DNA of 33,971 bases from an uncultured Methanosarcinales archaeon (GTDB taxonomy: Archaea; Nanobdellota; Nanobdellia; Woesearchaeales; DATDXC01), in NCBI GenBank assembly GCA_964510025.1, contig CAZDZV010000015.1, positions 1-33,971 on the forward strand, given 5' to 3'. This document shows, piece after piece, positions 1-8,992 of the stretch. The position numbers and the translations under genes are program-made. The notes under the pieces were generated by a model. That model saw nothing but the letters and a program-made list of their open reading frames with translations, was not told the DNA's origin and made no database searches. Numbering within the stretch: the first letter of the stretch is position 1; each line of letters begins with the position of its first letter.

Positions 1-21
1 AAGAATGATATATAAACTTTA

Positions 22-255
22 CTACATCTTTTCCAGAGCCGTCTGGATCATCGGGACTATTGCTTCTGTCTCATCCTTGAACAGCCTCCCAAGCTTGGAA
101 AACCTCCAGTCACCATCCTGGGTCCTGTTCTCCCTTGATATCTGCAGCTTCTTCTCTCCTTCATTGTACTGGTGCACTGCCACGGTTATCCTTGTTGTCT
201 CGAACTCCTTGGTTTCTGTAAAAAGCGTCTTGTCCAGATTTGGGTCAAATGCCAT
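22..255 (-). CDS. Small PC4/YdbC-like ssDNA-binding-type protein
   Basis: 77 aa from the ATG at 255 (MAFDPNLDK...). Beta-rich pattern ITVAVHQYNEGEKKLQISREN...WRFSKLGRL resembles PC4-fold proteins. A TTTAAATA TATA lies ~27 bp upstream on the minus strand. Confidence 0.55.
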   Translation of the reverse strand: MAFDPNLDKTLFTETKEFETTRITVAVHQYNEGEKKLQISRENRTQDGDWRFSKLGRLFKDETEAIVPMIQTALEKM

Positions 256-351
256 TTTAGGGAATAAGCAATCCAGGCTATTATTTAAATCTTTTCTATT
301 CCCAATCATTCTTTTATGTCCGTCGCTATTTAGTAGAGATTTTCTTCATAC

Positions 352-367
352 ATACAATATATGGTAG
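352..367. promoter_or_regulatory. NrdR box (distal)
   Basis: ataCAATATATGGtag matches the NrdR consensus acaCwAtATaTwGtgt; upstream of nrdR-nrdD-nrdG. Confidence 0.6.
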
Positions 368-391
368 ATTTTTTAAATATTTAACAAAACA

Positions 392-402
392 TTTATATAT
401 AA
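392..402 (+). promoter_or_regulatory. Archaeal TATA box of the nrd operon (candidate)
   Basis: TTTATATATAA preceded by an A-rich BRE-like stretch, immediately upstream of the tandem NrdR boxes. Confidence 0.5.
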
Positions 403-408
403 GTTGTT

Positions 409-456
409 TTACAATATTTAGTGCTAATAACACAGCAATAGCACAATATGTTGTGT
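409..456. promoter_or_regulatory. Tandem NrdR boxes
   Basis: ttaCAATATTTAGtgc (409-424) and gcaCAATATGTTGtgt (441-456) are 32 bp apart, the typical spacing of tandem NrdR operators. Confidence 0.85.
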
Positions 457-507
457 TTTTTGCCATAAAAATCAGCTTTTTAAAAATTTTCAATACAAAT
501 TTATAAA

Positions 508-966
508 ATGAGGTGCCCTTACTGCGACCATGACGGAACAAAGGTTATAGATACAAGAGAGACAGCCTATTCAGATGTGACGAGGAGAAGGAGGGAATGC
601 GAAAAATGCGAGAAACGCTTCACAACATACGAAAGGGTGGAGATGCTGGATCTAAGGGTAGTGAAGAAGAACAGTGCCATTGAGACGTTTGACAGAAACA
701 AGCTGCTCAAAGGGATAATCAAGGCATGTGAAAAAAGGCCGATCAAGATAGAGAAGATAGAAAAGCTTGTTGATGAGATAGAGTCTGAGCTCAGAAAAGA
801 GGAAAAGACCGAGATCCCCAGCAGCATCATAGGTGAAAAGGTGATGGACAAGCTCAAGAAGCTGGATAAGGTCGCTTATGTAAGGTTTGCGTCTGTTTAC
901 AAGGAATTTACAGATCTGAGATCATTTGAGAAAGAGCTGAAAAAGCTGCATAAAAGAGGTGTTTGA
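508..966 (+). CDS. nrdR: Transcriptional repressor NrdR
   Basis: MRCPYC...VIDTR...RRRRECEKCEKRFTTYE Zn-ribbon, ATP-cone, and LDKVAYVRFASVY motif. Confidence 0.97.
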   Translation: MRCPYCDHDGTKVIDTRETAYSDVTRRRRECEKCEKRFTTYERVEMLDLRVVKKNSAIETFDRNKLLKGIIKACEKRPIKIEKIEKLVDEIESELRKEEKTEIPSSIIGEKVMDKLKKLDKVAYVRFASVYKEFTDLRSFEKELKKLHKRGV

Positions 967-967
967 T

Positions 968-3424
968 ATGGCTAAGCCGTTCAAGATTTTGAAGATAAGG
1001 AAAAGGGATGGAAGGATAGTGGAGTTTGCTCCTGAAAAGATAACCAATGCTATCTATAAGGCAGCTCAGGCCACAGCCCAGTCAGAAGGAAGAAAGGCAG
1101 AAAAGTCAACTGCTGATGAGCTGACAAGCAAGGTGATAACCATCCTGGAGTACAACTTCAGCGGAAAGGAGGTCCCAACAGTAGAAGAGGTGCAGGATGT
1201 TGTTGAAAAGGTCCTCATTAAAAGCGGGCATGCGAAGACAGCAAAAAACTACATCCTCTACAGGCAGCAGCATGCAAAGCTGAGAGAGACAAAAGACATG
1301 CTCGTTGATGTCGGAAAGACCATCAAGTCGTATATCCACCAGGAAGACTGGAAGGTGAGGGAGAACAGCAACGAAGACTATAGCTTCTCAGGCCTTCTTC
1401 TGTATGCTGCCGGCAAGGTTATAGGTAACTACGCGCTCAGCGAGATATATACACCGGAGATAAAGGAAGCCCATGTCAATGGTTATTTCCATATACACGA
1501 CCTCAGCAACGCTGTTATCGGCTACTGCGCAGGCTGGTCGTTAAAAAAGCTCCTGACGATGGGATTTGGCGGCGTTCCTAACAAGGTGGACTGCAGGCCG
1601 GCCAAGCACCTCAATACAGTCATACACCAGATGGTCAATTATATAGGCTGCCTTCAGATGGAATTTGCAGGCGCCCAGGCATTCTCCAGTGTTGACACGC
1701 TTCTGGCTCCTTTTGTAAAGAAAGATAATCTCAGCTACAAGGAGGCAAAACAGTGCATACAGCAGCTTGTGTTTTCCCTGAACATTCCCTCCAGATGGGG
1801 CTCCCAGTATCCGTTCAGCAACCTCACATTCGATTGGGTGGTTCCGGAGGACATGAAGAAAGAAAAGGCTATAGTCGGCGGAAAGAAGCAGGATTTCACA
1901 TATGCAGACTGCCAGAAAGAGATGGACATGATAAACAAGGCTTTCCTCGAGGTCATGCTTGAGGGAGATGCAAAAGGCCGCATCTTTACTTTTCCGATTC
2001 CAACCTACAACCTTACAAAGGACTTCAACTGGGATTCGGACAATGCCAGGATCCTGTTTGACGTAACTGCAAAATACGGTCTGCCTTATTTCCAGAACTA
2101 CATGGGGTCTAATCTGGACCCAAGGAGCATAAGGGCCATGTGCTGCAGGCTGAATCTTGACCAGAACCAGCTCATACAAAGGCCAGGCGGCATGTGGGGG
2201 CCGGGAGATGCAACAGGCTCTGTGGGAGTGGTCACGATAAACATGAACAGGCTGGGTTACGAGGCGAAGACAAAGGATGAATTTCTAGAAAAGCTTGCCT
2301 ACTATATGACCTTAGCGAAGGAATCATTGGAGATAAAGCGGGAGATGGTTGAGAGGAACCTTAAGAACGGGCTAATGCCTTTTACAAAGATATATCTTGG
2401 CACCTTCAAGAACCATTTCTCTACCATAGGCCTATGCGGGATGAACGAGTGCTGCCTTAATTTCTTAGGGACGGATATAAGCACAGAGGAGGGCACGGGG
2501 TTTGCAATAGACACGCTTAAATTTATGAGGGACAAGCTTGTTGAGTTCCAGCAGGAGACAGGCAACCTGTATAATCTTGAAGCCACGCCAGCTGAGTCCA
2601 CTTCTTACAGGCTCGCAAGGCTTGACAAGAAACACCATCCAGAAATCATAACAGCAGGCAAAGAGGAGCCGTACCTTACGAACTCAAGCCAGCTGCCCGT
2701 GGACAAGACAGAAGATATGATCGAGGCAATAGAGCACCAGAACAGGATACAGCCTCTCTACACAGGAGGTACAATGTTCCATACATTCATAGGCGAGAAG
2801 ATAAGCTCGGGTGAAGCATGCAAAAAGCTGGTTAGGAAGATCGCGCAGAACACAAGGCTTCCATACTTCTCTATGACCCCCACCTTTAGCATCTGCCCAG
2901 AGCATGGCTACCTGAAAGGGGAGGTCTATAACTGTCCGGACTGCGGCCTAGAGACAGAGGTGTACTCAAGGATCGTTGGCTACTACAGGCCGATAAAGCA
3001 ATGGAACAAGGGCAAGAAAGAAGAGTTCAAGGAACGCCTGGAATACACAGAGTCAGCAGGCCTTTCGGGGACGTTCAAGCTGCAGGTGATCCAAAAGGAT
3101 GATGTCCAGGAACAGCAGGTCATACCTGAATCCGTAACAGCCATGATAAACTCTTATAAGATATTTACCCTGCCAAGCTGTGAAAAATGCGAGGCAGCAA
3201 AAGACTATCTTACCAGGCAGGGGATGAGCGGAGTTATAGTGGACCTATCTGAGAAGCAGGGAGTCAAGGAATTCAGGGGCTATTATAAGGATCTGAAGGG
3301 CCAGATCAAGAGAAATGAAGATGGCAGCCTGCCCATACCAACGATCCTATTCTTTGATGAAAAGAAGGATGTTGTCTCAATTGCACATGATGAAGAGCAG
3401 GCAAAGGTCATCCTGGGGAAATGA
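968..3424 (+). CDS. nrdD: Class III (anaerobic) ribonucleotide reductase with N-terminal ATP cone and C-terminal glutaredoxin-like domain
   Basis: IRKRDGRIVEF ATP cone, HIHDL, GYCAG, RAMCCRL, EATPAES, CPEHG..CPDC Zn site, YSRIVGYY glycyl-radical loop, then a CEKC domain. The ATG at 968 follows an AGAGGT RBS; the ORF track starts at 959. Confidence 0.95.
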   Translation: MAKPFKILKIRKRDGRIVEFAPEKITNAIYKAAQATAQSEGRKAEKSTADELTSKVITILEYNFSGKEVPTVEEVQDVVEKVLIKSGHAKTAKNYILYRQQHAKLRETKDMLVDVGKTIKSYIHQEDWKVRENSNEDYSFSGLLLYAAGKVIGNYALSEIYTPEIKEAHVNGYFHIHDLSNAVIGYCAGWSLKKLLTMGFGGVPNKVDCRPAKHLNTVIHQMVNYIGCLQMEFAGAQAFSSVDTLLAPFVKKDNLSYKEAKQCIQQLVFSLNIPSRWGSQYPFSNLTFDWVVPEDMKKEKAIVGGKKQDFTYADCQKEMDMINKAFLEVMLEGDAKGRIFTFPIPTYNLTKDFNWDSDNARILFDVTAKYGLPYFQNYMGSNLDPRSIRAMCCRLNLDQNQLIQRPGGMWGPGDATGSVGVVTINMNRLGYEAKTKDEFLEKLAYYMTLAKESLEIKREMVERNLKNGLMPFTKIYLGTFKNHFSTIGLCGMNECCLNFLGTDISTEEGTGFAIDTLKFMRDKLVEFQQETGNLYNLEATPAESTSYRLARLDKKHHPEIITAGKEEPYLTNSSQLPVDKTEDMIEAIEHQNRIQPLYTGGTMFHTFIGEKISSGEACKKLVRKIAQNTRLPYFSMTPTFSICPEHGYLKGEVYNCPDCGLETEVYSRIVGYYRPIKQWNKGKKEEFKERLEYTESAGLSGTFKLQVIQKDDVQEQQVIPESVTAMINSYKIFTLPSCEKCEAAKDYLTRQGMSGVIVDLSEKQGVKEFRGYYKDLKGQIKRNEDGSLPIPTILFFDEKKDVVSIAHDEEQAKVILGK

Positions 3425-4107
3425 GCCTGCAGATAAAAGGGCTTCAGAAAGCCTCTCTTATTGATTTTCCGCCTTATACAAGCTGTGTGGTCTTTTTATC
3501 TGGCTGCAACCTTCAGTGCCCATTTTGCCAGAATCCCGATCTTGTGCAGGGCAGGGGAGATAGCTTCTCAAGGCAGGAGTTCTATGACTTCCTCAAAAGA
3601 AGAAAAAGATGGCTGGATGCTGTAGCGATAACAGGTGGAGAGCCTACCATCAACGATGATCTTCCTGTTTTCATAGAAGAAATAAAAAAGCTCGGCTATA
3701 AGGTGAAGCTCGACACCAACGGCACAAATCCTGAGATGCTTGACAGGCTTCTGGATAGGGTCGACTTTGTCGCCATGGATATCAAGAACTCAATAGAAAG
3801 ATACAGTCAGGCATCAGGCAGACAAGTCAATACAGGCAAGATAAAAAAAAGCATCGGGCTTCTGATGCAGGATAAGGTTGATTATGAGTTCAGGATTACA
3901 GTTGTGCCAGGATTGCATGACAGCGATAGTATTCAAAAAGTCGGGTATCTGCTTAAAGGGGCTAAGAAGCTCTCTATCCAGAATTTTAGAAATAAAATCT
4001 GCTTGGACAGCTCTTTTGAGAAGATAAAGCCTTTTTCCAGCCAGGAACTTGAAAATTTCAGAGGAATTCTGGCTGAATATATAGCTGATGTAGAGGTTAG
4101 AAAATAG
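3421..4107 (+). CDS. nrdG: Anaerobic RNR activating radical SAM enzyme
   Basis: GCNLQCPFCQN CxxxCxxC, ITGGEPT, KLDTNG; 4-bp overlap with nrdD. Confidence 0.93.
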   Translation: MSLQIKGLQKASLIDFPPYTSCVVFLSGCNLQCPFCQNPDLVQGRGDSFSRQEFYDFLKRRKRWLDAVAITGGEPTINDDLPVFIEEIKKLGYKVKLDTNGTNPEMLDRLLDRVDFVAMDIKNSIERYSQASGRQVNTGKIKKSIGLLMQDKVDYEFRITVVPGLHDSDSIQKVGYLLKGAKKLSIQNFRNKICLDSSFEKIKPFSSQELENFRGILAEYIADVEVRK

Positions 4108-4143
4108 AAAGACTTTTATGTTACTTCTTAGTAGCAAACAGAT

Positions 4144-4725
4144 ATGCGAACTATAGACTATGATGAGCTTGAGGCATCTCTGAGGGAACCGGTCCATCAC
4201 CCAGATGTGGATGACAGCGTATATCAAGGCATAGAATGTTTTACCCACATACCCAGAAGGATGCCGATAAAGTTCAGGGACATTGACCCAAGTTTTGTTG
4301 TTTCTGTCCTGCTGAATTATCAGAACATCTTTCCTGTTAATGCAGCCTCAAAAGACAGGCGATTCTGGATTACCCACGGGCAGATGGATGAGGTTGTCTG
4401 GGAGTATTTTCGCCACGTCCGGACAGACATATATGATGCAGCTCTCAACTACCTGAGGCTCTGCCATGAAGGAAAGGTTCCTGAGTTTACCCCAAAAAAA
4501 CAGGGGCAGCAGCCCTGCTTCGATGATGAATTCTTACTGGATGATATCAGGGAATTTGATGACCATTTTTTATTCCACAGCGTAGAGCATAGGGTCCATT
4601 ACATACGCCAAAAGGCTATCTGGCAGCTTGGGACTAGGCTCGATAAGGTGCAGGATATGAGATTCCATCCGGCAGTGCAAAGCTATTTTGTTCAGATAAA
4701 TCCAGGATATGTAAATCAAAAATAA
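4144..4725 (+). CDS. Hypothetical protein (acidic, His/Asp-rich)
   Basis: 193-aa ORF filling the gap on the operon strand; no recognisable motif. Confidence 0.6.
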   Translation: MRTIDYDELEASLREPVHHPDVDDSVYQGIECFTHIPRRMPIKFRDIDPSFVVSVLLNYQNIFPVNAASKDRRFWITHGQMDEVVWEYFRHVRTDIYDAALNYLRLCHEGKVPEFTPKKQGQQPCFDDEFLLDDIREFDDHFLFHSVEHRVHYIRQKAIWQLGTRLDKVQDMRFHPAVQSYFVQINPGYVNQK

Positions 4726-4753
4726 TATAAACAACGCCTTTTTCATTCTGGAT

Positions 4754-4948
4754 ATGGAATGTAAAAAAGGGCAAAATTCTCAGGACTGTCCCTGCGAGCA
4801 CACAGAATGCTCTCATCATGGGATATGCTGTGAATGCATACGATACCATCTTCAGCTTGACCAGCTTCCTGCATGCTGTTTTCCTGATGAGATTGCAAAA
4901 ACAGATGAGCGGAGCATCCAGAGGTTTGTTGAGCTGCACCAAAAATGA
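4754..4948 (+). CDS. Small Cys-rich protein, DUF6485-like
   Basis: CPC-x4-C-x3-GICCECI-x2-H...LPACCF pattern; ATGA overlap with the next gene. Confidence 0.75.
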   Translation: MECKKGQNSQDCPCEHTECSHHGICCECIRYHLQLDQLPACCFPDEIAKTDERSIQRFVELHQK

Positions 4949-5424
4949 AGATAGAAAGACCTAGCTGGGACCAGTATTTCATGAAGATAGCGATGCTCGT
5001 GGCAGAAAGGTCTACATGCCGTCGCCATCATGTCGGAGCCGTCATAGTCAAAGACAGGCAGATCCTGACAACAGGCTACAATGGGGCGGCAGCTGGAGTC
5101 AAGGATTGCCTGGAGCTTGGCTGTCTTCGTGATGAGAACAACATCCCCTCAGGTGAAAGGCATGAGGTATGTAGGGCAATACATGCAGAGCAGAATGCCA
5201 TAATCCAGGCAGCCCTGCATGGCATAAACATCGAAGGAGCCGCCATCTACTGCACACATCCGCCATGCATACTGTGCGCCAAGATGCTGGCCAACGCCAA
5301 GATAACCGAATACGTAACATATGGCCGATACCCTGATGAGTCTGCAAAGAATCTTCTTAAGGAGGTAGGGATAGGTTTCAGGCTTATAAGTCAGCCAAAG
5401 AAAGAAATAGACATTCTCGATTAA
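4945..5424 (+). CDS. dCMP deaminase (ComEB-like)
   Basis: [31 protein letters not shown] and PCILC zinc deaminase motifs. Confidence 0.92.
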   Translation: MKIERPSWDQYFMKIAMLVAERSTCRRHHVGAVIVKDRQILTTGYNGAAAGVKDCLELGCLRDENNIPSGERHEVCRAIHAEQNAIIQAALHGINIEGAAIYCTHPPCILCAKMLANAKITEYVTYGRYPDESAKNLLKEVGIGFRLISQPKKEIDILD

Positions 5425-5471
5425 AGGCAAATTTTAAATATGATTAAAGAAAACTTTAAAGCGGTGATAAT

Positions 5472-5666
5472 ATGGGCAAATTCAAGATTGAGGTTGATCA
5501 GGATGCATGCATCGGCTGCGGTGCCTGCACAAGCTGCGATAATTTTGAGCTAGGCGACAATAATAAGGCCAGTGCGAAAAAAGAAGAGGTTGAAGACCTT
5601 GGGTGCAACCAGGAGGCTGCAGACAACTGTCCGGTGCAGTGCATAAAGGTTACGGAGATGGGCTAG
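5472..5666 (+). CDS. Monocluster ferredoxin
   Basis: CIGCGAC...CPVQCI; acidic; GGTGA RBS upstream. Confidence 0.88.
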   Translation: MGKFKIEVDQDACIGCGACTSCDNFELGDNNKASAKKEEVEDLGCNQEAADNCPVQCIKVTEMG

Positions 5667-5870
5667 ATGGCGAAGATAACAAAGGACATGCCCATAGGCA
5701 AGGTGGTCCAGGACCATCCAGAGACATTTGGGGTATTTCAGAAGCATGGCCTCCATTGCATGGGATGCGCTATCGCTCATTTTGAGAATATCGAGCAGGG
5801 TTGTATCGCACATGGTATAGATTCTGGGAAACTGGTCGAGGACCTGAACAAGGCAATTAAAAAGAAATGA
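5667..5870 (+). CDS. DUF1858 / hybrid-cluster-associated redox disulfide domain protein
   Basis: ITKDMPIG..V..HPET..VF..HGLHCMGC...ENIEQG...HGID pattern. Confidence 0.85.
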   Translation: MAKITKDMPIGKVVQDHPETFGVFQKHGLHCMGCAIAHFENIEQGCIAHGIDSGKLVEDLNKAIKKK

Positions 5871-6226
5871 ACAAAGGTGGCTACCTTTTATTCATTTTCC
5901 TCAACAGGAACCGAAAGATAAGGATAGGCAAGCTGGGAATTATCTCTTTTAAAAAAGGACATTATTGCTATGTCGGTTCTGCGCTGAATAACCTGGACAA
6001 GAGGGTTTCCAGGCATAAGTCATCAGATAAGAAAATCCACTGGCATATAGACTATCTTCTGCAGTTTGCTGAAATTATTAGGGTCAGGAAGATAAAGACA
6101 GACAAAAGGGTCGAATGTGCAGAGGCCCGGAAGCTAGCCAAAACCTATGAGCCTGTCAAAGGGTTTGGCTGCTCTGACTGCAGCTGTAAGTCCCATCTTT
6201 TCTATCTGGCCAAAAAATTAATATAA
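5867..6226 (+). CDS. GIY-YIG (Uri superfamily, DUF123-like) nuclease
   Basis: GGYLL...GHYCYVGSA...HWHIDYL...GFGCSDCSCKSHL. Confidence 0.85.
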   Translation: MNKGGYLLFIFLNRNRKIRIGKLGIISFKKGHYCYVGSALNNLDKRVSRHKSSDKKIHWHIDYLLQFAEIIRVRKIKTDKRVECAEARKLAKTYEPVKGFGCSDCSCKSHLFYLAKKLI

Positions 6227-6248
6227 GCCGGGTTATTTTAGCTGCAAT

Positions 6249-6542
6249 ATGGCTAAGAATAAAAAAGCAGCCAAAAAAAGGATATCAGCGCATTTCAGGC
6301 TGGCAGAACAGCTGTTCAGTGACAGCAAAGAAGAAGCCAATAATCATATTAGAAAAGCCAGAAGGATCGCCATGAAACATAAGCTGAGGCTGGGGAAGCT
6401 GAAAAGAAAATTTTGCAGCCACTGCTATTCTTATCTGAAACCCGGTGTAAACGCCCGAATAAGGACCCATGGCAAAAAAGTTGTCATCTTCTGCAGGGAA
6501 TGCAAAAAATACACCAGGATACCTTATGTACCAGCCAAATGA
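6249..6542 (+). CDS. rnp4: RNase P protein component 4 (Rpp21/Rpr2)
   Basis: ARRIAMK...KRKFCSHC..YL.PG.NARIR...IFCREC...RIPY. Confidence 0.88.
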   Translation: MAKNKKAAKKRISAHFRLAEQLFSDSKEEANNHIRKARRIAMKHKLRLGKLKRKFCSHCYSYLKPGVNARIRTHGKKVVIFCRECKKYTRIPYVPAK

Positions 6543-7080
6543 GGATTCATATCTGATCCTGAAGCACATTCGCAGATACGCAAAAGGCATTGTACTGGAC
6601 ATGGGCACAGGCACAGGGCTGCTTGCTCTGGAGGCAGCAAGATTAAAAAAAGTTGTCAGGGTATATGCTCTGGATATAGACCCCCAGGCGATATCTGACT
6701 GCAGATCTATGATAAGCCATAAGAAGATCGTCTTTCTTCGCTCAAACCTTTTCCAGGTTTTCAGGGGCGACAAAAGATACGAAGGCCTGAAGTTTGACAC
6801 TATGATCTTCAATCCGCCATACCTTCCTGATGATCCTAATCTGCCAGACAAGGCTTTGGACGGAGGCAAGAAAGGCCATGAGCTGATATGCAGGTTCCTG
6901 AACCAGGCAGGCCGTTATCTTAAGCCAAAGACCAAAATTTTGTTGGTATTCTCATCACTGACTAGCAAGTTGACTCTGGAGAACTATTTCAGGAAGAAAG
7001 GTTTTAGCTTCAGGCAGATAGACCATCAGCATATATCTTTTGAAGATATCTACTTATATCTGTTAGAAAATGAAGATTAA
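6526..7080 (+). CDS. HemK2/Mtq2-family SAM-dependent protein (N5-glutamine) methyltransferase
   Basis: Start MYQPNEDSYL at 6526; LDMGTGTG, DIDP, FNPPY, DGGKKG, SSLT. Confidence 0.88.
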   Translation: MYQPNEDSYLILKHIRRYAKGIVLDMGTGTGLLALEAARLKKVVRVYALDIDPQAISDCRSMISHKKIVFLRSNLFQVFRGDKRYEGLKFDTMIFNPPYLPDDPNLPDKALDGGKKGHELICRFLNQAGRYLKPKTKILLVFSSLTSKLTLENYFRKKGFSFRQIDHQHISFEDIYLYLLENED

Positions 7081-7690
7081 GAATGTCAAGCATATAGAAT
7101 ATTTTGCTAAAGGCCATAGGGGCCTGCTATTCACAGGAATCTACAAGGATAAGAAAGTAGCGATAAAGATAAAGAATCCCAAAAGCGAGGCCCTTGGCAG
7201 GATGGAGAATGAAGCTAGCTTCCTCAAGATTTTGAATGAAAAAAAAATAGGCCCTGAGCTATACTTCTACAGCAGGAAAGATGACTATTTTGTATATGAA
7301 TTCATAGACGGTGAATTCTTTCCTCTTTTTCTTGAACACGCAGGGAGCAAGAAGATGGTGAAGCAGGCTATCAAATCTGTCTTTTTGCAGTGCTACAGGA
7401 TGGATAAGCTGAGGATAAACAAGGAAGAGATGCATCACCCATATAAGCATATCATAGTAGACAGGAGATCGAGAAAGCCTGTATTGATAGATTTTGAAAG
7501 ATGCCACTATACAGAATATCCTAAGAATGTCAGCCAGTTCAGCAGTTATATCATATCTGATTTTATAATGTCGCTGCTGGGCCAAAAAGGCTTCAGGCTG
7601 AGCAAGGATAAGATAATAGCCGCAGCAAAAAGATACAAGGAAAATATGAGCAAGGAAAATCTTGACAAGCTTGTGGGCCTGATAAGATGA
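7070..7690 (+). CDS. RIO/Bud32-like atypical Ser/Thr kinase (COG2112-like)
   Basis: AKGHRG, VAIK, ENEA, GPELY, YEFIDG, IDFE; the catalytic loop is divergent (KEEMHHPYKH). Confidence 0.75.
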   Translation: MKIKNVKHIEYFAKGHRGLLFTGIYKDKKVAIKIKNPKSEALGRMENEASFLKILNEKKIGPELYFYSRKDDYFVYEFIDGEFFPLFLEHAGSKKMVKQAIKSVFLQCYRMDKLRINKEEMHHPYKHIIVDRRSRKPVLIDFERCHYTEYPKNVSQFSSYIISDFIMSLLGQKGFRLSKDKIIAAAKRYKENMSKENLDKLVGLIR

Positions 7691-7995
7691 CATTTCAACA
7701 AAAGGTCTGGGAAAGATGCAGCAGGATCCCTAAAGGAAAGGTTTCCACCTATAAGGAGATTGCCCGGGCGCTCAACACAAAGGCCTACAGGGCTGTGGGA
7801 AACGCCTTAAGAACTAATCCATTTTCTAAGGTACCCTGCCACAGGGTTGTTAGGAGTGATGGAACTGTCGGAGGCTACAAAGGGCATAAATCCAGCCCCG
7901 AGAAAAAAATATTGCTTAAGAAAGAGGGAATCATCATAAAAGGGAATAAAATTACTGATTTCAGGAAAAAGCTGTTCACTTTTTCTTCTTCTTGA
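7687..7995 (+). CDS. ogt: Methylated-DNA--protein-cysteine methyltransferase (C-terminal domain only)
   Basis: IPKGKVSTY..IA, RAVGNA, VPCHRVV active-site Cys, GGY, LLKKEG. Confidence 0.88.
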   Translation: MTFQQKVWERCSRIPKGKVSTYKEIARALNTKAYRAVGNALRTNPFSKVPCHRVVRSDGTVGGYKGHKSSPEKKILLKKEGIIIKGNKITDFRKKLFTFSSS

Positions 7996-8899
7996 CTTTT
8001 TTTATGTCTTTCTCAAGCTTCAGCTTGTCAAGAAGCTCTTTGTAGCGGTTCCTTATAGTAACCTCTGTCACACCAGCAACATCCGCAACCTCACGTTGTG
8101 TTCTTTTTTCTCCATGGATCAGCGCAGAGACATACAAGGCTGCAGCTGCTATTCCGGTAGGTCCTCTTCCGGATGTCAGCTCTTTCTTCTGGGCTTTTTC
8201 CAATATCTCTATGCTCTTGCTCTGGGTCTCAGCCGAAAGCTTCAGAGCGGACGCAAATCTTGCCACATAGTCGGCAGGGTTGCTGGGCAGGATAGTGATC
8301 CCTAGCTCCCTGGTCACAAATCTATAGGTCCTGCCTATCTCTTTCTTTTCTATGCCCGAAGCTTCAGACAGCTCATCTAAAGTCCTAGGCACATCATGTC
8401 TTCTGCATGCTGCGTATAGTGCGCCTGCAACTACAGATTCCATGCTTCTTCCTCTGACAAGCCCTCGCTGGACAGCTAAGGTGTATATCCTTGCTGCTTC
8501 TTCTTCAACTGATTTTGGGAGCTTGAGGTAGGAAGATACTCTTTTTAGTTCTGCCAAAGCAAGCTTTAAATTCCTCTCTATGGCTGTAGAAATCCTATAT
8601 TGCCATTTTCTGAGCCTAAAGAACTTATCTCGGCTTTTTCCTTCTAATCTGAATAGATCTGACCTTTGTCCTATCTCAGTGCCAAGGCCCTGGTCAAACT
8701 GGGTATAAGTCATAGGTGCGCCGGTTCTTCTTCTGGATTCACCTTCATTAGAGTCAAACTCACGCCATTCCTGCGTGAAATCCACCATCTTATCTTCTAT
8801 GACTAGACCGCAATCCTTACAGGTGATCTCTCCCTTCTCCTTGTTCCAGGAAAGATTTATACCTCCGCATTCAGGACACTTTTTAACCATCTGAGGCAT
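7976..8899 (-). CDS. tfb: Archaeal transcription initiation factor IIB
   Basis: CPECG...CKDCG Zn ribbon, EWREF, RTGAP, two cyclin repeats (RGRS, GRGP), QREVADVAGVTEVTIRNRYKEL; GGTGA RBS. Confidence 0.98.
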   Translation of the reverse strand: MPQMVKKCPECGGINLSWNKEKGEITCKDCGLVIEDKMVDFTQEWREFDSNEGESRRRTGAPMTYTQFDQGLGTEIGQRSDLFRLEGKSRDKFFRLRKWQYRISTAIERNLKLALAELKRVSSYLKLPKSVEEEAARIYTLAVQRGLVRGRSMESVVAGALYAACRRHDVPRTLDELSEASGIEKKEIGRTYRFVTRELGITILPSNPADYVARFASALKLSAETQSKSIEILEKAQKKELTSGRGPTGIAAAALYVSALIHGEKRTQREVADVAGVTEVTIRNRYKELLDKLKLEKDIKKVKKKKK

Positions 8900-8968
8900 T
8901 TTCTATCACCCTTATAATTACTCCACCCCTTTATTTACAATAAAGTTTATAAATAGAAAAAAGTGGTT

Positions 8969-8984
8969 ATATTTAAATCTTTCG
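8969..8984 (-). promoter_or_regulatory. BRE-TATA promoter upstream of tfb
   Basis: Minus strand reads gcgaaaga-TTTAAATA; a second TTTATAAA lies at 8946-8953. Confidence 0.6.
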
Positions 8985-8992
8985 CTTTATCT
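8984..8992 (+). repeat. Target site duplication, left copy (GCTTTATCT)
   Basis: Identical 9-mer at 14128-14136; each copy directly abuts a terminal inverted repeat. Confidence 0.93.

Noticed and set aside
326..541. 71-aa minus-strand ORF
   Set aside because: It runs through the AT-rich promoter with NrdR boxes and overlaps nrdR antisense.
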